Source: Candidatus Woesearchaeota archaeon (GTDB taxonomy: Archaea > Nanobdellota > Nanobdellia > Woesearchaeales > GW2011-AR9). Taken from it: a stretch of DNA of 64,000 nt. The translations under genes were made by a program, and so were the position numbers. Below, one piece after another: positions 26,443 to 35,283 of this stretch (position 1 is its first letter; every line of letters starts with the position of its first letter). The notes under the pieces are model-generated. The model ran no database searches, was not told the origin of the DNA, and saw nothing but the letters and a program-made list of their open reading frames with translations. The stretch spans positions 190 through 64,189 of the forward strand of contig JABHWJ010000020.1 in assembly GCA_018657845.1 (NCBI GenBank). Reading direction: 5' to 3'.

Positions 26443-27150
26443 ATGGGTAAAAGACTAATCTCTCAAAGACGTGGACGTGGCACCGGACCATACAAATCTC
26501 CTGGCCACCGCTTTAAAGGAAAAATTGCCCTACCTAAGGCCATTGAAACTAATGGTGAAGTTTTAGATATTATTCATTGTGCAGGTCATTCTGCCCCTTT
26601 AATCAGCGTAATTTATGATAATGATGAAAAAACCCTTACTCCTGCCCCTCAGGGAATTAAAGTAGGAGACAAAATTGAAGTAGGAAAAACAAAAGATATT
26701 AAAGCAGGTAATATTCTCGAGCTTAAAGATATTCCTGAAGGAACTTCAGTTTACAATCTTGAACTAAAACCTGGAGATGGAGGTAAGTTTTGTCGAGCTT
26801 CAGGTACCTTTGCTAAAGTTGTTGCAAAAACCTCCAAACAAATTACTATCAAACTTCCTTCAAAAAAAGAAAAACACTTTCTTCCTGCCTGCCGAGCAGT
26901 TATTGGAACTGTGGCTGGATCAGGAAGAACAGAAAAACCTTTCCTTAAGGCAGGTACAAGAATGTTCGCTAAGCGAGCTAGAAACAAACTTTACCCTCGA
27001 GTATGTGGAATATCTATGAATGCAGTTGATCACCCATTTGGTGGAACTGGATCTCACCACAAGGGTCGACCAGATCAATCATCTAGACATGATCCTCCTG
27101 GAAGAAAAGCAGGTAAAATAGCTCCTAGCAGAACTGGTAAGAAACGATAA
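26443..27150 (+). CDS. rpl2: Ribosomal protein L2
   Basis: GKRLISQRRGRGT.., GDGGKFCRASGTFAKVV and MNAVDHPFGGTGSHHKG are the L2 signature blocks. Confidence 0.95.
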   Translation: MGKRLISQRRGRGTGPYKSPGHRFKGKIALPKAIETNGEVLDIIHCAGHSAPLISVIYDNDEKTLTPAPQGIKVGDKIEVGKTKDIKAGNILELKDIPEGTSVYNLELKPGDGGKFCRASGTFAKVVAKTSKQITIKLPSKKEKHFLPACRAVIGTVAGSGRTEKPFLKAGTRMFAKRARNKLYPRVCGISMNAVDHPFGGTGSHHKGRPDQSSRHDPPGRKAGKIAPSRTGKKR

Positions 27151-27162
27151 AGGTGAAAAAAT

Positions 27163-27543
27163 ATGGCAAAAGAATTCAAATGGCAAGGACTAGCAGAAGA
27201 AGAAATTAAAAACCTTGACTTAAAGGAATTCCTAAAACTTATTCCCGCTAGAGCTAGAAGATCTCTAAAACGAGGACATACTGAAGATCAAAAAACCCTT
27301 TTAAGTAAAATTGAAAAGAATGAAAAAAATATCAAAACTCATTGTCGTAACTTAATCATAATGCCTCAGATGATTGGTCTATCTATTGGAATATATAATG
27401 GAAGAACCTTTGTCCCTCTTATAATTACTGCAGAAATGCTTGGTCATACCTTGGGAGAATTTTCCCAATCAAGAAAAAATGTATCTCACAGTGCCGCTGG
27501 TGTTGGAGCTACTAGGTCCAGTAAGGCAATTTCAGCTAGATAA
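27163..27543 (+). CDS. rps19: Ribosomal protein S19
   Basis: THCRNLIIMPQMIGLSIGIYNGRTFVPLIITAEMLGHTLGEFSQSRK matches S19. An aggtga SD-like motif lies upstream. Confidence 0.92.
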   Translation: MAKEFKWQGLAEEEIKNLDLKEFLKLIPARARRSLKRGHTEDQKTLLSKIEKNEKNIKTHCRNLIIMPQMIGLSIGIYNGRTFVPLIITAEMLGHTLGEFSQSRKNVSHSAAGVGATRSSKAISAR

Positions 27544-27545
27544 AC

Positions 27546-28232
27546 ATGAAACCAAAACAAATCCTTAACCCAGAACACATCGCCAAAGCTTCAACTAGAA
27601 ACGTCCCTGTTTCTACAAAGCATTGCGTAGAAATTAGTTCCCACTTAAGGTATAAAACAACTGAACTAGCAAAAAGCATCCTTGAAGAAGTTGTCGAATT
27701 AAAAAGAGCAATTCCTTTCAAAAAATTCAACAAAGACATGGGCCATAAACCAGGGATGGCTGCTGGCCGTTATCCTAAAAAAGCTGCTCAAGAAGTATTA
27801 AACTTAATTCACTCTGTAGAAGCAAATGCCCAGTTTAAGGGATTAAATACCTCTGCACTTAAAATAATCAAAATTTTAGCTAACAAAGCTTCAATCCCTG
27901 CAACTGGTGGAAGAAAGAGAACTGGAACCAAAAGAACCCATTTAGAGATTGAAGTAAAAGAAATTAAACTTAGAAAAAAAGAAAGAACTAAAAAATCAGC
28001 TACAAAAGATACTAAAGACACAAAAGTTACCAAAGAAACTCCTCAAACTCAAGAGATTAAACCAGTAGAAAATAAAATAGAAGAACTTAAAGAAGATAAG
28101 CAAGAAGAAAAAACTGAAGCAGTAGAAGAAAAAGTCGAAGAACAGCCAGTTAAAGAGACTGAAACAGAAACTCCTATAGAAGAAGAAGTTAAAGAAGTCA
28201 AGGAAGAAACAAAAGGTGAACAGAAAAAATGA
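27546..28232 (+). CDS. rpl22: Ribosomal protein L22 with ~75-aa K/E-rich C-terminal extension
   Basis: The L22 core is STKHCVEISSHLRYKTTELAKSILEEVVELKRAIPFKKFNKDMGHKPGMAAGRYPKKAA. The tail runs KKERTKKSATKDTKDTK...EEKVEEQPVKETETETPIEEE. Confidence 0.9.
   Translation: MKPKQILNPEHIAKASTRNVPVSTKHCVEISSHLRYKTTELAKSILEEVVELKRAIPFKKFNKDMGHKPGMAAGRYPKKAAQEVLNLIHSVEANAQFKGLNTSALKIIKILANKASIPATGGRKRTGTKRTHLEIEVKEIKLRKKERTKKSATKDTKDTKVTKETPQTQEIKPVENKIEELKEDKQEEKTEAVEEKVEEQPVKETETETPIEEEVKEVKEETKGEQKK
28122..28175 (+). repeat. 54-nt module in the L22 tail, copy 1 of 2 (49/54 identical to 28943..28996)
   Basis: gtagaagaaaaagtcgaagaacagccagttaaagagactgaaacagaaactcct encodes VEEKVEEQPVKETETETP. Aligned by eye to copy 2 with 5 substitutions and no gaps. 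Confidence 0.8.
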
Positions 28233-29218
28233 TGGAAAGAGACTTCATCTCCCAGAAGATCAAAGAATTTCAGATTAAGAAACACATAGAATCTAAATTA
28301 AACCAAGTAGGACTATCTCAGATTAGACTTAAAAAGATTCCTTTAGGTGAAAAAATAATTATTTTTACTTCCCGGCCAAGTTTAATTGTTGGTTCCAAGG
28401 GAGCTAATATCAAAGATCTTACTCGTCAATTAAAAACAAAATTCAAATTAGAAAATCCACAAATTGAAATCAATGAAGTAAAAGATATCTTTTTAGACGC
28501 AAATGTTGTTGCAGAAAGAATCGTTTCTTCATTAGAAAGATTTGGATCTGCTCGATTCAAAGGCGTAGGACACAAAACTATGGATAATGTCTTGAAGGCA
28601 GGAGCAATCGGAGTAGAAATTATAATCTCTGGAAAAATCCCTGGATCTCGAGCTAAAAATTGGAGATTTTACCAAGGTTACTTAAAGAAATGTGGAGATA
28701 TCTCTGTATCTGGAGTTAGATCTGCTAAGAAAAGCGCCCTATTAAAAAGTGGAATTATAGGGATAAAAGTTAGCATCATGCCACCAGACATAGAATTACC
28801 CGATAATATTGAAATCCTCAACGAACCAGTAGAAATTATTGAAGAAATTTCTATTGAAAAAGAAACAGAGAAGAAAGTAGAAAAACCAAAAAAGAAACCC
28901 GCGGCTAAAAAAAGAAAAGCAACTAAAAAGAAAACAGAAAAAGTAGAAAAAAAAGTCGAAGAACAACCAGTTAAAGAAGCTGAAAAAGAAACTCCTGTTG
29001 AAGAAAAAGTAGAAAAAGAAATCAAAGAAGAAGTTAAAGAACCAATCGAAAAGAAAGAAAGCCAACCTAAAGAAAAACAAGAGAAACCAGCAGAAGAACC
29101 TAAGGTTGAAGAAAAACCTCAAGAAGCTCCTGCTGAAAAAAAAACTGAAGATCAAACAGAAAACGCAGAAGTTCCTGCAAAAACTGAAGATAACGAGAAA
29201 TCACCCGAAACACAATGA
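28229..29218 (+). CDS. rps3: Ribosomal protein S3 with ~130-aa K/E/P-rich C-terminal extension
   Basis: The KH-domain core is RLKKIPLGEKIIIFTSRPSLIVGSKGANIKDLTRQLK...GVEIIISGKIPGSRAKNWRFYQGYLKKCG. ATGA overlap with L22. Confidence 0.92.
   Translation: MMERDFISQKIKEFQIKKHIESKLNQVGLSQIRLKKIPLGEKIIIFTSRPSLIVGSKGANIKDLTRQLKTKFKLENPQIEINEVKDIFLDANVVAERIVSSLERFGSARFKGVGHKTMDNVLKAGAIGVEIIISGKIPGSRAKNWRFYQGYLKKCGDISVSGVRSAKKSALLKSGIIGIKVSIMPPDIELPDNIEILNEPVEIIEEISIEKETEKKVEKPKKKPAAKKRKATKKKTEKVEKKVEEQPVKEAEKETPVEEKVEKEIKEEVKEPIEKKESQPKEKQEKPAEEPKVEEKPQEAPAEKKTEDQTENAEVPAKTEDNEKSPETQ
28943..28996 (+). repeat. 54-nt module in the S3 tail, copy 2 of 2
   Basis: gtagaaaaaaaagtcgaagaacaaccagttaaagaagctgaaaaagaaactcct encodes VEKKVEEQPVKEAEKETP. 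Confidence 0.8.
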
Positions 29219-29415
29219 AAGCAAAAGAATTATCTAAATTGGAAGCGAACGAATTGAATGAAAAAATCAAAGAACTTCGTAGAGAATTAATTAAAGATAA
29301 TGCTCAAGTTCACTCTGGTGGGTCTCCTCCAAATCCTGGAAAACTAAGACAAACCAAAAAGAATATTGCCAGGATCTTAACTATTTTAAAACAAAAAGAG
29401 GTCAAAGTTAAATAA
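29215..29415 (+). CDS. rpl29: Ribosomal protein L29
   Basis: MKAKELSKLEANELNEKIKELRRELIKDNAQ matches L29, as do the position and size in the operon. Confidence 0.88.
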   Translation: MKAKELSKLEANELNEKIKELRRELIKDNAQVHSGGSPPNPGKLRQTKKNIARILTILKQKEVKVK

Positions 29416-29419
29416 AATC

Positions 29420-29725
29420 ATGGCAGAAGTATGTTCACAATGCGGGTTACCTCAAGATCTTTGTATCTGCGAAGTTATCGCCCGAGAACAACAAAAAATA
29501 GAAGTCAAGATTGAACGAAGAAAATTCGGAAAAAAATACACGATCATCACTGGCATCAAAAAAGAAGCCAACATCTCAGAGATTACCAAAAAACTGAAAG
29601 TAAAACTCGCCTGCGGTGGAACAGCCAAAGGAGATCAAGTTGAACTTCAGGGCGATCACAAATCGAGAATAAAACCACTCTTGGTGGAATTGGGTTTCCC
29701 CGAAGAGACGATCGAAATTAAATGA
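29420..29725 (+). CDS. sui1: Translation initiation factor SUI1 (aSUI1/eIF1)
   Basis: KIEVKIERRKFGKKYTIITGI...KLKVKLACGGTAKGDQVELQGDHKSRIKPLLVELGF is the SUI1 signature. Confidence 0.9.
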   Translation: MAEVCSQCGLPQDLCICEVIAREQQKIEVKIERRKFGKKYTIITGIKKEANISEITKKLKVKLACGGTAKGDQVELQGDHKSRIKPLLVELGFPEETIEIK

Positions 29726-29985
29726 TTTCGGTTAAGAAAATAAAAACTTTCCCTCACGAATTGATTGGACAGGAAATCGAAATCATCGATTCCACAAACA
29801 AAAGTGAACTTGGTTTGCAAGGGAAAGTCGTTGATGAAACAAAAAATATTTTGACCATCTCTCATGAAGGGAATGTCAAAAAATTAATCAAAAAAAACAT
29901 CACTTTCAAAATAAAATCTCTCAACTTAATAATTGAGGGAATGGCAATCACCAAAAGGCCTGAAGACAGAATCAAAGGAAAATAA
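29722..29985 (+). CDS. rnp1: RNase P protein component 1 (Rpp29/Pop4)
   Basis: HELIGQEIEIIDSTNKSELGLQGKVVDETKNILTI matches Rpp29. The conserved archaeal position between L29/SUI1 and S17 agrees. Confidence 0.85.
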   Translation: MISVKKIKTFPHELIGQEIEIIDSTNKSELGLQGKVVDETKNILTISHEGNVKKLIKKNITFKIKSLNLIIEGMAITKRPEDRIKGK

Positions 29986-29995
29986 GGATAACAAA

Positions 29996-30382
29996 ATGAA
30001 AAAAGAAATATTCGGCATTAAGTCGCCAGAAAAAGAATGTACTGACAAAAACTGTCCATTTCACGGACAAATAAATGTCAAAAAAGAATTCATTAAAGGT
30101 ACGATTATTAAAAGAGACATCCATGGTTCGGCAACAATCGTCTGGGAAAGATCTTATTTTATTCCTAAATATGAACGTTACGCTACTAGAAAAGCTAAAC
30201 TTAGAGCTCACAACCCTCATTGCATTGATGCCCAAATCGGACAAAAAGTCCTTGCTGTTAGAAGTCGACCTTTGAGTAAAATGAAAAATCATATTATCCT
30301 TCAAGTAATTGAAGAAGAATTAAAAAAAGAAGCACCTAAAAAAACCAATAAAGGTGCTCAACCAAAGGCAATATTAAAATGA
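29996..30382 (+). CDS. rps17: Ribosomal protein S17
   Basis: CTDKNCPFHGQINVKKEFIKGTIIKRDIHGSATIVWERSYFIPKYERYATRKAKLRAHNP matches S17. The track start at 29933 lies inside rnp1 and was trimmed to Met22. Confidence 0.9.
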   Translation: MKKEIFGIKSPEKECTDKNCPFHGQINVKKEFIKGTIIKRDIHGSATIVWERSYFIPKYERYATRKAKLRAHNPHCIDAQIGQKVLAVRSRPLSKMKNHIILQVIEEELKKEAPKKTNKGAQPKAILK

Positions 30383-30780
30383 AAGCAATAAAAGCAAATA
30401 TCACTCGGTCCTTACCATCTCAAGCCCGTATAATTTCCTGTGATAATTCAGGAGCTAAAATACTTAAAATTATTGCAGTTAAAGGCCATAAAACTTGCAA
30501 GGGAAGACTTCCTGCTGCAGGCGTAGGCGATTTAATTTTTGCTTCAGTTAAAAAAGGTAAATTAGATATTAGAAAAACAGTAGTTCCTGCAGTTGTTGTT
30601 CGGCAAAAAAAAGAATACCGTAGGCCTGATGGAACAAGAATAAAATTTGAAGACAATGCCGCAGTAGTCCTTAAAGATTTAAAAGGTAACCCTAAGGGAA
30701 CCATCCTCAAAGGACCAGTTGCTAAAGAAGCATGTGAACGTTGGCCAGCAATTGCCAAACTTGCTACAATCATAGTATAA
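30379..30780 (+). CDS. rpl14: Ribosomal protein L14
   Basis: ARIISCDNSGAKILKIIAVKG...GDLIFASVKKG...AVVVRQKKEYRRPDGTRIKFEDNAAVVL is the L14 signature. Confidence 0.95.
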   Translation: MKAIKANITRSLPSQARIISCDNSGAKILKIIAVKGHKTCKGRLPAAGVGDLIFASVKKGKLDIRKTVVPAVVVRQKKEYRRPDGTRIKFEDNAAVVLKDLKGNPKGTILKGPVAKEACERWPAIAKLATIIV

Positions 30781-30809
30781 AAATAATAAATAAATAAAAA
30801 CCAATAAAA

Positions 30810-31232
30810 ATGTCACAACAATTTTCCACAACTTGGAACGCGAGTAAACAACCTCGTAAACAGCGTAAATATAGATATAACGCCCCATTACATACAAAAC
30901 AAAAATTCCTTCAAGTTCACCTTTCCCCTGAATTAAGAAAGAAATACTCCTTAAGAAATATCCTAGTTAAAAAAGGAGATAAAATAAAAGTTCTTAGAGG
31001 ACAATTCAAAAAACAAGAAGGGAAAGTAGAGAAAGTATCTTTGAAATATGAACGAGTTTTTGTAACTGGTTTAGAAAAGATCAAAAAGGACGGAACAAAA
31101 ATTCCTGTTGCTTTTAACCCTTCCAATTTAATGATCCTTGAATTAAATTTAGATGACAAAAAGAGAAAACAAAAGGTAGAAACAAAGATGGATAAACCCA
31201 AAAGTAAACAACCTACTGAGGAGAAAAAATGA
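30810..31232 (+). CDS. rpl24: Ribosomal protein L24 (KOW)
   Basis: NAPLHTKQKFLQVHLSPELRKKYSLRNILVKKGDKIKVLRGQFKKQEGKVEKV matches L24. Confidence 0.9.
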   Translation: MSQQFSTTWNASKQPRKQRKYRYNAPLHTKQKFLQVHLSPELRKKYSLRNILVKKGDKIKVLRGQFKKQEGKVEKVSLKYERVFVTGLEKIKKDGTKIPVAFNPSNLMILELNLDDKKRKQKVETKMDKPKSKQPTEEKK

Positions 31233-31915
31233 AGAATCACTTAAAAGCTATTGCTGTGCCTAAAACTTGGCCAATTGACAGAAAGAAGAATGTATATATC
31301 ACTCGACCTAAGCCCGGTACTCATAAACTTTACTTTGGTATGCCTTTAGGTGTAATCCTTAGAGATTTCCTTCACCTTACTTCCACTATAAGAGAGGCAG
31401 GCAAACTGCTTAATAATAATGAACTTTTGGTTGATGGCAAGCGTGTAAAAGACACTCGAGCAATAGTTGGTTTATTTGATGCTATCTCTATCCCCAATAC
31501 TAAACAAAACTTCAGAATCCTTTTAGATAAAAAAGGACGCCTAACTATTCATGAAATTGACGCTAAAGAAAGTAAAATTAAACCATGTAAAGTAATTAAT
31601 AAAACCATCTTACCTAAAGGAAAAATACAAATTAATCTTTATGATGGAAGAAATATAACTTCAGACCAAAAATGTGCAGTGGGAGATACAGTTGTCTTTG
31701 ATACTACTAAAAATACAATATCTACAGTCCTCGAACTTAAACCTGGTGTTTTAATTTTCCTTACCCAAGGTAAACACGCAGGAAATGTTGGAGAACTAGT
31801 GGAATTAAATGGAGAAAAAGCAATCTGTAAATTGAACGGTGAAAATATTGAAACCACTAAAAAATACCTATTTGTATTAGGAGAAAAAAAGCCAGTTATA
31901 AAATTAATGGAATAA
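31229..31915 (+). CDS. rps4e: Ribosomal protein S4e
   Basis: HLKAIAVPKTWPIDRKKNVYITRPKPGTHKL...VDGKRVKDTRAIVGLFDAISI matches S4e. Confidence 0.92.
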   Translation: MKNHLKAIAVPKTWPIDRKKNVYITRPKPGTHKLYFGMPLGVILRDFLHLTSTIREAGKLLNNNELLVDGKRVKDTRAIVGLFDAISIPNTKQNFRILLDKKGRLTIHEIDAKESKIKPCKVINKTILPKGKIQINLYDGRNITSDQKCAVGDTVVFDTTKNTISTVLELKPGVLIFLTQGKHAGNVGELVELNGEKAICKLNGENIETTKKYLFVLGEKKPVIKLME

Positions 31916-31925
31916 AAATAGAACC

Positions 31926-32444
31926 ATGACCGAAACAAAATCAAATTTAATGAACGAAATCAAAGTTGCCAAGATCACTCTAAATATAGGTTCTGGTAAA
32001 GAGGAAAGTCGGCTTAAGAAAGCTCTTAAGTTATTACAAAAACTTGCCCCCAATAATCCAGTTAAAACTACCGCCAAAAAAAGAATTCCAGGATGGGGTT
32101 TAAGGCCAGGATTACCTATTGGTTGCAAAGTTACTATTAGAAAAGATTGTGACGAACTAATCAAAAGATTATTCGCAGCTAAAGAAAATACTTTGCCTCG
32201 GAAAAAATTTGACTCGCAAGGAAACTTTTCCTTTGGAATCCCAGAATATATTGAAATCACTGGATTAGAATATGATCCTGAATTAAAAATAATGGGCTTA
32301 GAAGTCGCCGTTACTTTAGAAAGACCAGGATTCCGGATTAAAAAAAGAAGAAACAAACAACAAAAAATTGGTAAAAACCAATTGATCAGTCAAGAAGACG
32401 CTATCAATTTTGTTCAACAAAAATTTAACGTACAGGTAAACTAG
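31926..32444 (+). CDS. rpl5: Ribosomal protein L5
   Basis: KITLNIGSGKEESRLKKALKLLQKL...RIPGWGLRPGLPIGCKVTIRK matches L5. Confidence 0.92.
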   Translation: MTETKSNLMNEIKVAKITLNIGSGKEESRLKKALKLLQKLAPNNPVKTTAKKRIPGWGLRPGLPIGCKVTIRKDCDELIKRLFAAKENTLPRKKFDSQGNFSFGIPEYIEITGLEYDPELKIMGLEVAVTLERPGFRIKKRRNKQQKIGKNQLISQEDAINFVQQKFNVQVN

Positions 32445-32454
32445 GTGAAATATT

Positions 32455-32685
32455 ATGACAACTTCAAACTACACTAAAGTTTTCAAACAATTGGACGCTA
32501 AACCAATAAAGAAAGCTAAATTCATAAAATTTAATCAACCTAACGAACGTTCCTGTGGCCGAGCCTTAAAACATTGCCGTAATTGTAACCGTAACGGTGC
32601 CCATATCGGTAAGTATGGCCTTAACCTTTGTCGCCAGTGTTTCCGAGAAATGGCTACAGAATTAGGATTTAAAAAATACTCATGA
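32455..32685 (+). CDS. rps14: Ribosomal protein S14 (zinc-ribbon type)
   Basis: [36 protein letters not shown] carries CxxC-x16-CxxC. An aggtga SD-like motif lies upstream. Confidence 0.9.
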   Translation: MTTSNYTKVFKQLDAKPIKKAKFIKFNQPNERSCGRALKHCRNCNRNGAHIGKYGLNLCRQCFREMATELGFKKYS

Positions 32686-32695
32686 GGATAAAAAA

Positions 32696-33085
32696 ATGTT
32701 AAACGACCCTTTGGCAGCAGCTTTGTCGAAAATTATGAACGCTGAAAAGTCCGGCAAGAAAGAAGTATTGATTAAACCTATCTCTAAAACCCTTAAGACG
32801 ACCCTTACTATCATGAATGACCATGGATACATTGGTTCCTTTGAGGAAACTGAAGATGGTAAAGGAAATTTCCTTAAAGTCAATCTACTTGGTAATATCA
32901 ATAAATGTGGAGTTATAAAACCAAGATTCTCCACCAAAAAAACCCAATTCGAAAAATGGGAAAAACGTTATCTTCCCGCTAAAGATTTTGGTTTAATCAT
33001 CGTCTCTACACCCAAAGGCATTATGATTCACAATCAAGCTAAAGAAAATAGTACTGGAGGAAAACTCTTAGCATACTGTTATTAG
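32696..33085 (+). CDS. rps8: Ribosomal protein S8
   Basis: MLNDPLAAALSKIMNAEKSGKKEVLIKPISK...IIVSTPKGIMIHNQAKENSTGGKLLAYCY matches S8. Confidence 0.93.
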   Translation: MLNDPLAAALSKIMNAEKSGKKEVLIKPISKTLKTTLTIMNDHGYIGSFEETEDGKGNFLKVNLLGNINKCGVIKPRFSTKKTQFEKWEKRYLPAKDFGLIIVSTPKGIMIHNQAKENSTGGKLLAYCY

Positions 33086-33094
33086 TTTCATAAA

Positions 33095-33634
33095 ATGAAA
33101 AACGATCTTAGAGAAGAAATTGAACTGCCCCAAGGCGTTACTGTGACTATTGGTGATCTTATCAAAGTTACTGGCCCCAAGGGAGAGGTAGAAAAAAAGT
33201 TAAGTCATCCCAGAGTAGATATTTCTCTCCAAGACAATAAAATAGTTCTCGAATCTAAAAAGGTCACTAAACGAGAAATAAAAAACCTTAACACTTTCCG
33301 CGCTCATTTAAGAAACATGGTCCAAGGAGTTCAAGAAAAATTTATCTATACTGTAAAAATTTGTTCAGGTCATTTCCCAATGAATGTTTCTGTATCTAAA
33401 AATGAATTAATAATCAAAAATTTCCTAGGAGAATCTCATCCTAGAAAACTTCCTATTAAACCAGGAGCAGAAGTAAAAATTGAAGGCACAGAAGTAATTA
33501 TTTCCTCTTGCTCCAAAGAAACCGCCGGCCAAACTGCAGCCGGTATCGAACAGCTTTGCAGAATAACCAATCGTGATAATCGAATTTTCCAAGATGGTTG
33601 CTACATTATTAACAAGGCAGGAAAGGAGATCTAA
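33095..33634 (+). CDS. rpl6: Ribosomal protein L6
   Basis: IELPQGVTVTIGDLIKVTGPKGEVEKKL... and the repeated L6 domain pattern, plus operon position. Confidence 0.9.
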   Translation: MKNDLREEIELPQGVTVTIGDLIKVTGPKGEVEKKLSHPRVDISLQDNKIVLESKKVTKREIKNLNTFRAHLRNMVQGVQEKFIYTVKICSGHFPMNVSVSKNELIIKNFLGESHPRKLPIKPGAEVKIEGTEVIISSCSKETAGQTAAGIEQLCRITNRDNRIFQDGCYIINKAGKEI

Positions 33635-33636
33635 AA

Positions 33637-34251
33637 ATGGAAAAAACAAAATTAATTGAAGTTAGGAACGCAGCTAAAAAAAGAAAACCTACATTTGTAA
33701 TAAAAGATACTCATAAAAAATCCAGAGTTCCTGCTCGTTGGAGAAAACCAAGAGGAAAACACTCTCCAGTTAGACAACACTATAAAGGAAAACCAAAAGT
33801 AGTTTCCACGGGATACTCCTCACCTAAGGCTGTTAAACACCTTCACTCTTCAGGATTACAAAAGATCCCAGTTAATAATAAAAAAGATCTTGAAACTATT
33901 GATCCCCTAACTCAGGGAATAGTTATCTCAAGTAATGTAGGAAATAAAAACAGAATCGAATTAATCAAAATTGCTTTAGAAAAGAAAATTAATGTTTTAA
34001 ATCTAAAAGATGCTCAAAAACACCTGGATTCCTTGCTTCAAAGCTTCCAAGAAAGAAAGAAAACCCAAGAAAGTAAACAAGTAGAAAAATCTAAAATAGA
34101 AGCAGACAAGAAAAAAGAAGCTGAAGAAAAAACTAAAAGGGAAGCAGAAGAGAAGAAAAAAGAAAACAGTGAAAAAAACCAAGAAGAAAAAATAGAGAAA
34201 AAAGAAGCAGAAAAGAAAGAATTCGATAAAACTCTAACTAAAAAACAATAG
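33637..34251 (+). CDS. rpl32e: Ribosomal protein L32e with K/E-rich C-terminal extension
   Basis: RKPTFVIKDTHKKSRVPARWRKPRGKHSPVRQHYKGKPKVVSTGYSSPKAVKHLHSSG matches L32e. Confidence 0.9.
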   Translation: MEKTKLIEVRNAAKKRKPTFVIKDTHKKSRVPARWRKPRGKHSPVRQHYKGKPKVVSTGYSSPKAVKHLHSSGLQKIPVNNKKDLETIDPLTQGIVISSNVGNKNRIELIKIALEKKINVLNLKDAQKHLDSLLQSFQERKKTQESKQVEKSKIEADKKKEAEEKTKREAEEKKKENSEKNQEEKIEKKEAEKKEFDKTLTKKQ

Positions 34252-34258
34252 GATCAAA

Positions 34259-34711
34259 ATGAAAAACAAAAAAGCATTAGCATCAAGAATCTTGAAAACA
34301 TCACCTAAAAAAATCAAATTCACAGCTGATGCTCTCGAAGAAATTAAAAAAGCAATTACTGGATCAGACATCCGGGGATTAATCGCAATCAAAAAGATTA
34401 CCAAATCCAAAGCCCCTCACCAATCTAGAGTAAGAGCTAGAAAAATAGCTGAACAAAAGAAAAAAGGAAGACAAAAGGGCCATGGAAGTAAAAAAGGAAA
34501 GAAATTTTCTCAGATCACCAAAAAAGAAAGATGGATGACTAAAGTAAGAACTCAGAGAAAGTTTATTAAAGAACTCAAGGAAAACCAACTCATCATAGCT
34601 AAAAATTATCGTCTATTGTACTCCCGAGTTAAAAGCGGTTACTTTAGAAACAAAAGACATATTAAACTTTACATTCAAGAAAATAACTTAATTACGAAAA
34701 ATGAGAAATAA
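34259..34711 (+). CDS. rpl19e: Ribosomal protein L19e
   Basis: LASRILKTSPKKIKF...IRGLIAIKKITKSKAPHQSRVRARKIAEQKKKGRQKGHGSKKG matches L19e. Confidence 0.9.
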   Translation: MKNKKALASRILKTSPKKIKFTADALEEIKKAITGSDIRGLIAIKKITKSKAPHQSRVRARKIAEQKKKGRQKGHGSKKGKKFSQITKKERWMTKVRTQRKFIKELKENQLIIAKNYRLLYSRVKSGYFRNKRHIKLYIQENNLITKNEK

Positions 34712-35282
34712 ACCAAAAGTATTACCATTTAAAAGAAGAAGAGAAGGTAAAACTAATTACAAAAAGCGTCTAAGGCTTTTGCTTTCCAAAAAACCTCGTC
34801 TAGTTATTAGAATGACCAATCAAAGAATAATTGCTCAGTTAGTTGAATTCCAGAACACCGGCGACTTAGTTAAAGTAGGAGTAGATTCTTATCAACTAAA
34901 AAATTATGGTTGGAATTTTTCTTTAAAGAACATGCCTGCAGCTTACTTGACTGGATACTTAATCGCTAAAAAGGCATTAGCAAGTAATATCTCTCAAGCC
35001 ATCTTAGATACTGGAAACAAAAGTGTGATTAAAGGCAATAAATTGTTTGCTTTCTTAAAAGGTGCAGTGGATGGTGGATTAGAAATTCCTCATTCAGAAG
35101 ACCTTTATCCTAGTGAAGAAAAAATCAGTGGACAACACATTGGTGATTATGCTACAAAAATTAAAGAAAATACCGAAGTTTATCAAAGAATATTTTCTAA
35201 TTATCTAAAAAATAAACTTGATCCCACCAAAATGGCGGAACAATTTAAGAAAACTAAAGAACAATTGGAACAATTAAAATAA
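34701..35282 (+). CDS. rpl18: Ribosomal protein L18
   Basis: FKRRREGKTNYKKRLRLLLSKKPRLVIRMTNQRIIAQLV matches L18. An 11-nt overlap with L19e is seen. Confidence 0.92.
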   Translation: MRNKPKVLPFKRRREGKTNYKKRLRLLLSKKPRLVIRMTNQRIIAQLVEFQNTGDLVKVGVDSYQLKNYGWNFSLKNMPAAYLTGYLIAKKALASNISQAILDTGNKSVIKGNKLFAFLKGAVDGGLEIPHSEDLYPSEEKISGQHIGDYATKIKENTEVYQRIFSNYLKNKLDPTKMAEQFKKTKEQLEQLK

Positions 35283-35283
35283 A

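Noticed and set aside
28678-29155. Two long minus-strand ORFs (115 and 119 aa, F/S/L-rich) antisense to the S3 tail. Similar ORFs occur at 27809..28285, 11000..11215 and 40087..40317.
   Set aside because: They are the reverse-complement reading of GAA/AAA-rich K/E tails. This gives TTT/TTC/CTT-type codons with no stops. The composition is implausible for real proteins, and they lie wholly inside well-supported r-protein genes.
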